DNA of 62,238 bases, filler included, from Hausera hauseri (lineage: Eukaryota): NCBI GenBank assembly GCA_046269625.1. It is 9 parts of 9 records of this genome, joined end to end, with 100 filler letters (N's around TTAATTAATTAA, not from the genome) between each part and the next. Parts side by side here need not be neighbours in the genome. Positions count along the whole stretch, not along the records: positions 24,031 to 29,731 come from JBJURY010203858.1; positions 29,832 to 39,095 come from JBJURY010413255.1; 7 more parts are not named here. One strand, 5' to 3'. Under the pieces are notes generated by a model. That model was not told where the DNA came from. It did no database searches and was given only the letters and a program-made list of their open reading frames with translations. Both the position numbers and the translations under genes were made by a program. The first letter of the stretch is position 1. Each line of letters begins with the position of its first letter. Below are positions 24,409-35,454 of this stretch, one piece after another.

Positions 24409-27372
24409 CTACCTTAATATATCAAACATTTCTTCTACCATTTCAGGAGTCAAATCAAATAACCAGTTAGAAAGTGAATTTTTAAATTTCTTAACAAAAA
24501 GGTTCGTTTTTAATTCACGTGGTACAAAGTTAAAAAATTTATATCCCAAAAAAGCAAATGATTTTTGAAATGCAGTACAGTATGATTTAGGTAATCTAAT
24601 TAAATCACTTGTTACCTGCCTTGTTACATAACTCTGAGAATCCCTATTTAAAACAGCCCCAAAATTACCACTTCTACGATAAAAAATTGTGAGAACTTTA
24701 AAAACATATAAATGACGCACTGGTTGTACACCTAAAATTCCAAACAGAGGATAAGAATGCTCCCTTCTATTCTTCCCCATAATTGACCTAACAATCGCCT
24801 TCTGAGCCCTGATTGCAGGCGCAATATGCGTCATGTATGTAGAACCCCAGCATTCAATCCCGTAACTTATTTTTGATTGGATAAATGCAAAGTACATATT
24901 TCTAAGAATTGCTACAGGAAAATTTCTTTTGAGACAATAAAATTTTCTTAACATCTGAATTAAATACTTCTTCAAATTTTGAATGTGAACCCTCCACGTT
25001 AGTTTCTCATCCACAGTTAAGCCCAAATATTTAACAACATCTGCCTTCAATATCTCAGTACAATTACACTGCGATAGTGAACAGTTAGCTTCATGACACA
25101 ATAGAGGAACAGATAGATCAAAAGTTGAAGATAGTGTGAAATTCATGTATTTAGTCTTAATGGTATTTAAAGCAAACTTATTATAATTAAACCATAAACT
25201 AAGATCATTAAGATCCTCTTGCATTATTCTACTCATTGTTTCCACATCCCTTGCATAATATGACAGAGCAGTGTCATCTGCAAACGATGTTATGCTCCCA
25301 TGAAACTTTCCAGAAAACAGGTCATTTATGTAAATAATAAAAAGTATAGGGCCAAGGACTGAACCCTGGGGAACACCACAATCCACACGCAATACATCAC
25401 TCCTGGCCCCACCAATAGAAACGCACTGTCTTCTCTCCTTCAAATAAGAAGTAAACCAGTCTAGAGCGATTCCTCGAACTCCAGCACTACTTAATTTTGA
25501 CAAAAGCATAGAATGGTTAACAGTATCAAACGCTCTTTTGATATCAAGAAATATACCTGCTACTTTACTGTTTTGAGAATTAAGATTATTATATATATTA
25601 TTAAAAAAATCATGAAGTGCAATCTCAGTACCAAGACCCTCCCTAAAACCATACTGGCCAGAATAAAAATAATTATTATTAGATAAAAATTTAAGAAGTT
25701 TAATTTTAACAAGTTTTTCTAAAAGTTTAGAGAAAACCGAAAGCAATGAAACCGGTCTATAGTTTTCAAGTTCCTCCTTAGAGCCACCTTTAAATATTGG
25801 AATTACCTTAGCATCTTTTAAGGCAGTTGGAAATTTACCTAAAACTAAACTACAATTATATATGTCCGTTAATACAGGAGTTATTAGCTTTGAAACTTTT
25901 TTAAGTATATTAGTAGATACACCATCAATTCCAGGAGCCTTATTATTTTTCAGTGAACATATTTGATCATAGAGTTCACTGCAAGTTATTGGTGAGAAAT
26001 ATATAGAATTACTACACTCTTTTACTTTAAACTTATTCTGACAATCCTTTTTCTGGCTCTCATTTAAATCACCAATAGAGGAAACTATAGATTTTGGAAA
26101 GTTAACAAAATAACTATTAAACAGTTCTGCAATATGGCGTTCATTAGTCACATAAGTATTATTAATTTTTACTTTTTTACATACACTGTTTTGTGGACCC
26201 CTTCCACTTAATCTATTAATTATATCCCATTGTTTCCTAGGCGTCATCTGCAACATTGTTTGGTAGTACTGATTCTTTGCTACTTTTATCCATTTTTTTA
26301 TTTTGTTTTTAAATACCTGATATTCACGTTTTAAAGTAACATTTCCCCTATTTCTTGCTACCTTTTTATATAATTTATCCCTTTTAGCAATAGCTTCGCA
26401 TAAGCCTCCAGAAATCCACGGTTTTAACTTTTTGCACACACTTTTCTGTACGTTAGGAACTACCACTTTCTTCGATTTATAAATAAAATTCAAAAATGTA
26501 CTAAGAAATGTATTAAATTTAAAGTCAACATCATCACTAAATAGAACCTCTGACCAGTCATGGTGCCGGAGGAAATCCTGTAATTGTTCTTGATCAACAA
26601 TCTCCACGGTTTCAGAATTGCGCCAGGTATTTGTACTCTGCTTTGCTATTGAGATTGAGATAGCCCTGTGGTCAGTTATTAGGGTCTCAATTACTGCGCT
26701 TCTCACCATATGTTTGTTCAAGTTAGATCTAAAAAATATATGGTCTAAACATGTTGAACTAATATCCGTAACTCTAGTATCACAGTTAATCATTGATCTA
26801 TATCCAAGTGAACTCAATAATTCTAAGTACACATCAACCTTAGCATCATTGGAATCATTAATGTTTAGATTTAGATCACCTATAATAACTGAGTCTTGGT
26901 GCGAGAGTGCATTTAAAGTATTACTAAAACTATCCAAGAATAGATCTGTATTATATCCATGCCATCTATACAATGCTAATACTTGAAAAGTATAACCAAA
27001 GAAATTAAGTTCCAATAACACCGCATCAGCCCCTGACACAGAACATTCATTCTTAGTACAGGTAAGCTGACCACTTCCAGTATATACATAAATAACCACC
27101 CCAGTCGCCCTAGAATGGTCACTTAATGAGCAATAGCAGTCATAACCATCTAAGGCATAGAGCGATACATCACCATCATCCTGCAACCACACCTCAGATA
27201 AGACAATAATGCAGGGTTTAACTCTCCAAACACTCATATAAGATACAAATATATCATAATTACTGGAAATACCTCTTATATTTTGATGAAGGATTGTCAT
27301 GTTACTGTTTTCCGTTACAAAGCAGGAGTTCACCTCATCAATTGAATCCAAAAATCTAAAGCTATCCTCCAT
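24409..27372 (-). CDS. LINE ORF2: AP endonuclease plus reverse transcriptase
   Basis: HQNIRG, LSEVW, GDLN, LDHIF and TDH (APE); KAPGIDG, NYRPVSLL, LDIKRAFDTV, GVPQGSVLGP, FADD and KYLG (RT). 987 aa, uninterrupted. Confidence 0.97.
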   Translation of the reverse strand: MEDSFRFLDSIDEVNSCFVTENSNMTILHQNIRGISSNYDIFVSYMSVWRVKPCIIVLSEVWLQDDGDVSLYALDGYDCYCSLSDHSRATGVVIYVYTGSGQLTCTKNECSVSGADAVLLELNFFGYTFQVLALYRWHGYNTDLFLDSFSNTLNALSHQDSVIIGDLNLNINDSNDAKVDVYLELLSSLGYRSMINCDTRVTDISSTCLDHIFFRSNLNKHMVRSAVIETLITDHRAISISIAKQSTNTWRNSETVEIVDQEQLQDFLRHHDWSEVLFSDDVDFKFNTFLSTFLNFIYKSKKVVVPNVQKSVCKKLKPWISGGLCEAIAKRDKLYKKVARNRGNVTLKREYQVFKNKIKKWIKVAKNQYYQTMLQMTPRKQWDIINRLSGRGPQNSVCKKVKINNTYVTNERHIAELFNSYFVNFPKSIVSSIGDLNESQKKDCQNKFKVKECSNSIYFSPITCSELYDQICSLKNNKAPGIDGVSTNILKKVSKLITPVLTDIYNCSLVLGKFPTALKDAKVIPIFKGGSKEELENYRPVSLLSVFSKLLEKLVKIKLLKFLSNNNYFYSGQYGFREGLGTEIALHDFFNNIYNNLNSQNSKVAGIFLDIKRAFDTVNHSMLLSKLSSAGVRGIALDWFTSYLKERRQCVSIGGARSDVLRVDCGVPQGSVLGPILFIIYINDLFSGKFHGSITSFADDTALSYYARDVETMSRIMQEDLNDLSLWFNYNKFALNTIKTKYMNFTLSSTFDLSVPLLCHEANCSLSQCNCTEILKADVVKYLGLTVDEKLTWRVHIQNLKKYLIQMLRKFYCLKRNFPVAILRNMYFAFIQSKISYGIECWGSTYMTHIAPAIRAQKAIVRSIMGKNRREHSYPLFGILGVQPVRHLYVFKVLTIFYRRSGNFGAVLNRDSQSYVTRQVTSDLIRLPKSYCTAFQKSFAFLGYKFFNFVPRELKTNLFVKKFKNSLSNWLFDLTPEMVEEMFDILR

Positions 27373-28363
27373 TTACAAACTTCAAATGCAACTTCACTAC
27401 TAGACAACATCCACTGACATCACACACACTCACATACACACATTCATTCACATAAAAAATAAACAAAATATCACTGAAGTCCATCTATTATCCGGAACAG
27501 ATACACCCGGCCTCCATGTAACATAAGTAAAAATAATAATCATAGCTGGAGAGTAACTTGCTGACCATAAAAACATAATCAATATTTAAATGAAAATTTA
27601 TATACAATGTAAATAGTTAAAAGAAAAAATACTTTCAGCATTTAACCATAGATAATTAATTAGAAATATACTTCAAATTTTAAATTCCATTACTCACCAT
27701 AAGAAAAAATAAATAAAATAAAAAATCTATCTTCCTGGATGTCTTTACAAGGTAGTGAGAGAAAATACTTGCTTAATTACAATAAACAAATTAGGCATAA
27801 AAATAAAAATTAAATTAACTAAAAATTTCATCGAGAATTCAGAATTTTTAACTGAAAAGCTGTAAGTAAACTAATATAATAATATGTTTATAAGCTCAAC
27901 AATCAAAATCACTCATGAGATAAAACTTATATCATATTCTTACCTCTAAAACGTTGTAATCAACAGTACTAAGAGGTATAGACCATTATTATCATTTTTA
28001 AATTATGATCCTCCATTTAAATTATAATTTTATATTCTTAATTAAAACCAATAGTTAATACTAACAATACAATGACTTTTTTTTAATACAATCTAATGAA
28101 ATTAAAAGTCCCAGAGGAGTCCTTCATAATTTACATAATCTACACCCCTTACCACATATTTAGATTATTAAAATAGTTTTAACAAAAATGTTAATCCCTT
28201 TTCTCTGTACATGTAATAAATATATAAGATACTCACACACGAACACACACACATACAGATATGCCTATATATTTTCTGTTTTTACAAATTCACCACAGAA
28301 TACTCAAACTTCATTACTGTTTATCCAGTTTGCATACAGTTATTATTTTTCTTTTCTTTTTTT

Positions 28364-29221
28364 TTATACCCCATACTTGATTTTTAGATTTTCCAAATCA
28401 GCAAAATCGTTAATAGAATGTATTTGCTCACCTTCTTTCTGCCTCATGAAAATTTTGCCCTTTCGGATCCATACAAACTTAAATCCATGAGACCTCCTCA
28501 AGCCCCGGGCCTCCCAGAAAAGCTTCTTGACTTCTGGCGTTAAAGACGGATTCACATAAACAACACTCTCCGAAGAAAATCCCAGATCAGCAGCTGTAAT
28601 TCTTTTCTTCTCCCTAAATAGTTTCAAAAATTGTTCAGCATCTATCCTCCTCACAAATTTCACAATTATGTCTCTGGTACCATTCGATTTGAGATAAAGT
28701 CTGTGCATAACATCTATCATATCATAACGAAATTCAAAGTTCACAAATTTCGCAGTTTTTGATATAATTTCATCTAATTGTTCATGTTCTTTTGTTGGAA
28801 TACCTGAAATTTCGATTGTGTTACTCCGTTGATACTGCATAGACTCGTTAAATCGTTTCTTTAAATCACAAGTCTCTTTCCTTAACTTTTCATTTTCAAC
28901 TTTTAAAAAATTAACTTCAAAAAAACATTCTTTAATTTTCAAGTCCTGATCACTTATTTGTTTCTTTAAGTCATCAATAGATCCCTGTATATACTCCACA
29001 GTATTAATTAAACTTTTTTGTTCGGTTTTAATTTCTTTCAGTTCCTTGAAAATTAAATCCAATTTAGTTTCAATAGAAGAGACGGGCTTTGTATTAGAGG
29101 TAAATGGTTTACCCGGCTTATCACTGCCACCGCTCTTATCGCCCTTATCGCTGGACTCCGCATCCCCAGAGGCCGATCGTAAACCTGGTCTTGTTGTCAT
29201 TTTCCACTTTAAATAATTCAA
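28364..29221 (-). CDS. LINE ORF1 (coiled coil plus RRM-like/CTD, CR1-type)
   Basis: Coiled coil, then QYQRSNTIEISGIP..HRL..IIVKF..VYVNPSLT..L..AR..FKFVWIRKGKIFMR. The likely start is MTTR near 29200. Confidence 0.9.
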   Translation of the reverse strand: MNYLKWKMTTRPGLRSASGDAESSDKGDKSGGSDKPGKPFTSNTKPVSSIETKLDLIFKELKEIKTEQKSLINTVEYIQGSIDDLKKQISDQDLKIKECFFEVNFLKVENEKLRKETCDLKKRFNESMQYQRSNTIEISGIPTKEHEQLDEIISKTAKFVNFEFRYDMIDVMHRLYLKSNGTRDIIVKFVRRIDAEQFLKLFREKKRITAADLGFSSESVVYVNPSLTPEVKKLFWEARGLRRSHGFKFVWIRKGKIFMRQKEGEQIHSINDFADLENLKIKYGV

Positions 29222-29679
29222 CGTAAGGCATAAAATTTGAAATATTTACTTTTTACGCACACCAACACGAAAACTATTTTCACGAAAAAATTGTAAATAT
29301 TAAAATACACCCGTGAGCAAAAAATTAACTTAATACTCCAACTTTATCCCTTAAAAATAAACAAAGTCACAAGGAGACCGAATAGTAGACCTATTCACTT
29401 CGGCTCATTGACTCCAACTGAAATAAAGGATAGACAATATCAGTTACATTATGTATTTTCTCTTGAAGAATTTTTCTACGATGAATTACAGGGAAAACAA
29501 TAAAATAAACCTAATAACTCATTAAATTTACTTATATTACTAAAATTTATATAATATTCCAAACTTCAAATATTTATCATAAAATTAAAAATTCATTACT
29601 AAATCAGATTAAGTATTCTCACCTATTTGGGTTAGCTGACCTCTGTCATCATCACTAGAAATGTGCAAAAGAAAAAAAA

Positions 29680-29731
29680 AACTATCTTAACTATCTTAAC
29701 TATCTTAACTATCTTAACTATCTTAACTATC
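29680..29731. repeat. 9-bp tandem repeat (AACTATCTT)n at contig end
   Basis: About 5.8 perfect units following an A-run. Confidence 0.9.
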
Positions 29732-30024
29732 NNNNNNNNNNNNNNNNNNNNNNNNNNNNNNNNNNNNNNNNNNNNTTAATTAATTAANNNNNNNNNNNNN
29801 NNNNNNNNNNNNNNNNNNNNNNNNNNNNNNNGTTGGATTAATGTTTGGCACATCAAAGATAGCTGCCTGTTGATCCACCGTTCAAATTTAAACAAAAATA
29901 TGACAACTATATCAATTGATGAATTCAATTTGCAACCTATTATTTTAAAATCAAAAGCATTATTTGCAGCCAGTAAAAACATTGAATGTTTGAAGTTGCT
30001 ACCGCTTATAATGTATCGAAGTAC

Positions 30025-33000
30025 TGGTCATCCTACGACGATGATCACTCATACAAGGGACTCTCTGGTTGAGGGACCGAGCGTGCCCGCCTCCGTTGCG
30101 CCATGTCCCCTTTCTTTCCTCGTCCTTTCGAATAATAAACATGTCCGCACATTAAGGGTTACGCACAAACAAACAGCTCATATTCTTTATACTGAATTGT
30201 TCCTCTTTTTCAGCTCCTCCGATTTTTATGCCATGCAGAACGGTGTAACTTTGCAACCTTACGACTCTCTTTCATCCTTTGCATCTGAGAAATATTCCAT
30301 CACTCTCACTGTCCATTTTCGCATGCGTGGTGGATCAAACCTTGACCCTTCTGCCGAAATTCTAACAAAAAACAGATCTTGTCGTCGTCCTGTCGACCCC
30401 ACACCATCAACATCTCCAAACCTTCGCTGCACAAACTTTTTCCTAGATAAAACGAACTCAAGTAGCACTTGGTTGCAGTTTCACTTGCAATGGCTCAAAG
30501 CCAATACATTACGGATTCCTTTCTGCGGGCTAACAGTTTGCTGCTCTTACTTCCAGCTAACATCAAGCAGCAAATCAGTAATCTGGCTGATATACTGTCT
30601 TATTCAAGCCTGTATGACATGCTGTATGAATCGGTTCTACATATCACCGACCCTTCAATCGACAGCATAATCCAGAAGTATTTTAATGAACACGCCATTA
30701 GAAATCAAAAACCATAAGATTTTCTCAAAACTGCCATCTCGCAATTGAGCTCTGGGCGTTACTAGCACAAACAATGCCGATCTTCTTCGTCGGTACTTTC
30801 TTTTATCTCTGCCAACCTTCATCCGAGTGCTGCTCACTGAAGTAGACGACTATACTGCCCTTGAAAAACTCGCTTTGTTGGCAGACAAAAGTTTTGATAT
30901 TCTACAGTCCAATAACTCGCAGCCAGTAGCCGCAGCAACTGCTCACACACTACAAGAAAACACTTTATTTGCACAACAACTGTACATGATGCAGAAGCAG
31001 TTCGACACACTCCAACAAGCAATTTTTGCAATCACAGCCCAACTTAGTGACTTATTTGTGCCTCGAGGAAGCGAAAATCGTATTTCTCGGAATCGCAGTT
31101 ATTCCAGGCACTCTTTTCGTTCTAAATCTAGAGATGGTAAAATGACGTGTTTATATCACAACAAATTCCGTAGATATGCAAGGAAATGTGTTTTAGGCTG
31201 TCGATTTTACGATGCTCGATATACCGTAGACAATCCAATCTGCATCTATCACGCAAAGTATCAGTCCAAGGCTAGGTCATGCGTGCCAGGGTGTAAACAT
31301 TATAAAAGGAATTCAAGTTCTTCTCCATCTTCTTCGCCTCCGCGCACTTACCATTCCTCCCCTTTCTACCAACAAGTCTCAACAAACCAATAATGCCACC
31401 AGATGCCACGGCACATTCTGGTAAAGGCAATATCGTTCAAACTACTGGCAGTTTCAACACCGCCTCTGCAGTCTTTCTGTTGAAAGCTGATCTGCTACTT
31501 GGATGCACATAACACAGACTTCCTTATCGATTCAGGAGTTGAGTATTCGCTTCTTCCTTTGTCTTTCACTCCTACATCTAACACAGTCTTCTCTCCTCCA
31601 CTTTTCACTGCCTGTGGTCAACCTTTGAACATTGTAGGTACCGCAAAATTGACTTTCACATTTTCCAACCTACCAGGCAAATTCTCCTGGAAATTTTACA
31701 TCGCGAACATCAGATCGCCCATAATAGGGTCCGATTTCTTGGCTGCATACGACTTGTTAGTAAACTGCAAGCACAAATGCCTCCTGCGCAAAAACGTCTT
31801 TGCAAATTCTAACAAATGCTCACCAAATGACCAGTCGGACACTTTGTCTTCCTTTGATCATTCAAATGTCACTTTGACATCCTGTTCATCGGCAACACTT
31901 AACAATTCATCAATATTTTCAATCTCGTCAAGTGGGAACATATCAATCTTAAAACAATCGGGTGAACCGAATGTCGTTAATTAATCATTCAATTATTCTA
32001 CATCAATTACAGCAACTGACTCTTATAATGATATGCCATCATCATTCTTATCGTTGGGTTCTGATCTAAAATCCTACATTAAGACTTCTTGTTCCCGTAC
32101 TCTTAAGAAGGACATCAATTTTAAGCCTCATTCTACAACATCACCATATAGTCACCGAACACCAAAGACCTATTATACAAAAGGTAAGGCCACTTTCACC
32201 TCGCAGAAGAAAAGCTATTGAATCACAGTTCAATGAACTTGAAAAGGCGGGCATCATTCGACAATCCAAATCACCATGGGCTTCTCCTTTGCATGTTGTG
32301 ACGACGAAAGATGGCACATACAGACCATGCGGTGATTGTCGGAAGTTAAATAGTCTAACAGTCATGGATGCTTATCCGTTACCTCTCATAAATGACATCC
32401 TGCACAGCCTTACCAACACTAACACGTACTCCACAATTGACTTGCATAAGGCATATTATCAAATTCCTGTTGCACCTGATGATATTCCAAAGACTGCATT
32501 TGGCTGCCATTTGGCTTAAGTATTGCTTTTCAAACTTTCCAACGGCACATTGACACCGTACTCTCAAGCCTAGATTTCGCTCATCCATATATTGATGACA
32601 TACTAGTTGCCTCTACGTCTGTCAAACAACATCAAGAACACTTTCGTATTATCTTTCACAGGTTACATCATAGCAATTTGTAAGTCAACTTCGCCAAGTG
32701 TCAATTCTTTCAAAAACGTGTAAATTTTCTAGGTCATATCATCACTCATGACGGCCACTCTCCACAACCGGATCGATTACAACAATTGAAGAACATAACT
32801 CTACCAACGACTACCACAAACATGAGAAGCTTCTTAGGCACACTCCACTTCATCCTCAAATACGTACCACATTGCTCTGAGCTTACATCACCTTTCGCAC
32901 ATTTATCTTCAGGGAAAAAAAGGCAGTTGATCCACTGGACTCCTGATTTGGTAACCAAGTTTGATCACTTGCGCGAAGGTCTTAAACCCGTAGAAATACT

Positions 33001-34887
33001 GGCTTATCCGAAACCTAAGGCAGATCTTATTTTTACAACCGATGTCTCAACCACAGCTACTGACGCTGTACTGCATTAGATCTCCAATTGCGTCGACGAG
33101 CCATTAGAATTCTATTCTAGGAAACTGACACAACCCGAGAGCTGTTACTCCACATTTGACCGTGAGTTACTCGCCATAGTTCTGGCACTAAAACACTTCA
33201 CACACTTACTTCTCTTTCCTCAATTCGTCATTCAAACTGACCATAAGCGTCTGCTGCACATTATGTCGTTAAAAGAGCCATGACTGAGGCAAGAGAGACA
33301 TATATCATACATGTCTACGTTCAGTTTTGTCTTGGAATATATCTCAGGTACAGATAACTTGGTAGCTGATTTTTTACGGAGGTCGGTTGGACCATTATAG
33401 TTAAGCCAATTTTCTCATCTGAAGTCTTAAAGGCCAATCAACCATCTGCTGATTTTCTCAGCTCCCTCAAATCCTTTGAGATCATTGATGGAACAGCTTT
33501 TGATACATCTAATACAGGTAATAAAAATGTCATTCTAGCACAACCTTTACAAAATCCAGCTTTTGTTCATACGCATTCATTCCATCATCCAGGTTCGAAA
33601 GCAACTTTTCGCCTACTTTAACGTCATGTAGTATGGCCATCAATGCGTAAAGATGTACAGGACTGGGTCAAAGAATGTATAGCCTGCCAAAAATACAAAA
33701 TCAACAAACACCTTAAACCATCACTTTATCATTTTTCCTGTACATCACGCTTTCATACAGTTAATCTTGATTTAGTTGGTTCTTTACCTGCCGACAACGG
33801 ATATCAACACATACTTACTATGATGGATCGTGCTTCTCGTTGGCCTGAAGCCGTTCCTCTTCGTTCGACAAACACTGATTCAGTAGCCGACGCCTTTATT
33901 AAAATCTGGATCAGTCGCTTTGGTTCCCCACGTTACATAATAACGGATCAAGGTCCACAATTTGAGTCAGAACTTTTCAAATCCCTTGTCAAACGCTTGG
34001 AAATATCCCATTTTCATACTACACTATATCATCCTCAAGCAAATGGCCTTCTTGAAAGGTTTCATCGCACAATAAAAATTTCTCTAAAAATCTTGGCTGT
34101 GCACATCGCAATTAGACGTCCATTTTACCATTTGTTCTACTAGGTTGGCTCAACACACTTTCGACCACGATCGGCTGTACTCCAGGCGAAGCACTTTTTG
34201 GGACTTCAATTCGGGCTTTATTTGAACTTTCTGATCTCGACGACAATTTCACAGATGAGAACATTCGTGCAACACAATTTCATTTTGTCGAGGTGAGCTC
34301 AGATTCATTCTGTCGCCTTTTTAACAACAACAAATCCTACATTCCAAAGGATCTATACTCCGCCAAGTTTGTTTGGCTGAAGGATCAATCTCCTTCAGGT
34401 TTTAAACCTCAATATGTTGGCACATACAAATTATTAAATCTTTCATCTCACATACCTACCGTTTTACGCCAAAACAAACCTTATAACGTCCACATTTCGA
34501 ATCTGAAACCTGCTTTCTTTATTGGTGACATTTCAGATACCAATTCTTCATTCAATTCAAACTCAGCTAGCACTTCTGCTGACTTTCTAAATGATTTTTC
34601 ATTACCTCCAATTGCATCGCCTTTTTTCTGGACTCATCTCCGCCACCATTTCCATCACAAACTATTACTCAACAACCCAACATAAATCTATCGAATAAGG
34701 TGCTCAGAGTGACATTCAGTACGTGCAGCAGAGGAAAGTTCATTGATGGCACACAACGCCTAACTGATACTAAAACCGATTAGGCACCAAAATTGCTCCT
34801 TTTCATGATTCATTTGCTCTCATATATTATCTTTATCATTCCGTTTCACATTTACATAGTCTCTTTTCTACACGGGGGGGGGGGTGA
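30025..34887 (+). mobile_element. Gypsy LTR retrotransposon (CsRn1-like), copy 1 internal region, degraded
   Basis: PBS-like TGGTCATCC at 30025; UBL-Gag; protease LIDSG; RT SPWASPLHV / YPLP / IDLHKAY / YIDD; RNase H; integrase (HH..CIAC, LDLVG, TDQG, ERFHR); G-run PPT at 34874-34887 followed by TGTAGT. Confidence 0.92.
30103..31393 (+). pseudogene. Gag with N-terminal ubiquitin-like domain and two CHCC zinc knuckles
   Basis: UBL ends TLTVHFRMRGG at 30334. Gag core KP..FL..LLRR.FL..LP..IR..L..LEKLA.LADK. Knuckles CLYHNKFRRYARKCVLGC and CIYHAKYQSKARSCVPGC. Confidence 0.75.
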
Positions 34888-34975
34888 TGTAGTGGCATGG
34901 TCGCTGGCGCAGCTCGATTTCTCACCAGGATGCTAGTTGTCAACGTAATGCTAAAAACAAACGTTTCATCCGAGA
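34888..34975 (+). repeat. start of 3' LTR of Gypsy copy 1
   Basis: TGTAGTGG immediately after the polypurine tract. The LTR end is not determinable. Confidence 0.55.
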
Positions 34976-35454
34976 CATCACTTTCTACCATCTTCCAGCA
35001 AAGAGGGTTCCACGACCATTTATTCCAAAAGTGAATCATCCAGAGGACATATTGACCAGTATTAACTTCAGCGATTTAGTTACCTCATCTTACACTTCTT
35101 CAATATTCTTTTCCAGCGGATAGAAGTGTGTAGACATTGATTTTTGTTTCAAAGATAAAATATAATGTACGAAAGATGTAAATAGACCTGCCAATTTTAT
35201 ACCAGAACAACCTTTGTCAGTTACATCGTCTCACTAAATCCTCATCACTCTGGACACATCTCTAATCCAAAGATATTAAAAAATGTATATGTATAGAAAC
35301 ATCTGTATATAAATAATTGAAAAAAAGTGATTGATTTATGAACTGAACCGTTCATTTGAAATTTAAAAGAAGATGAGGTGAAACTGTTTTCATGAAAATT
35401 TTGGATTTTTTCTTTTCATTAACCGTTTACCTGTTATACCGAAATTGAACCAAA

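Larger units (their letters stand above)
24031..29420 (-). mobile_element. apparently full-length, intact CR1/L2-group LINE
   Basis: TCAGTT initiator-like 5' end at about 29420, ORF1, a spacer of about 1 kb, ORF2, a 3' UTR, AATAAA, and an (ATT)n tail at 24031-24107. Confidence 0.9.

Noticed and set aside
29680-29731. (AACTATCTT)n as a novel telomere repeat
   Set aside because: The C-containing strand runs toward the contig end, the wrong polarity for a telomere. It is short and more likely a minisatellite that broke the assembly.
29870-30102. N-terminal part of the 266-aa ORF as protein
   Set aside because: It spans flank, PBS and leader sequence. Similarity among Gypsy copies starts only near 30103.
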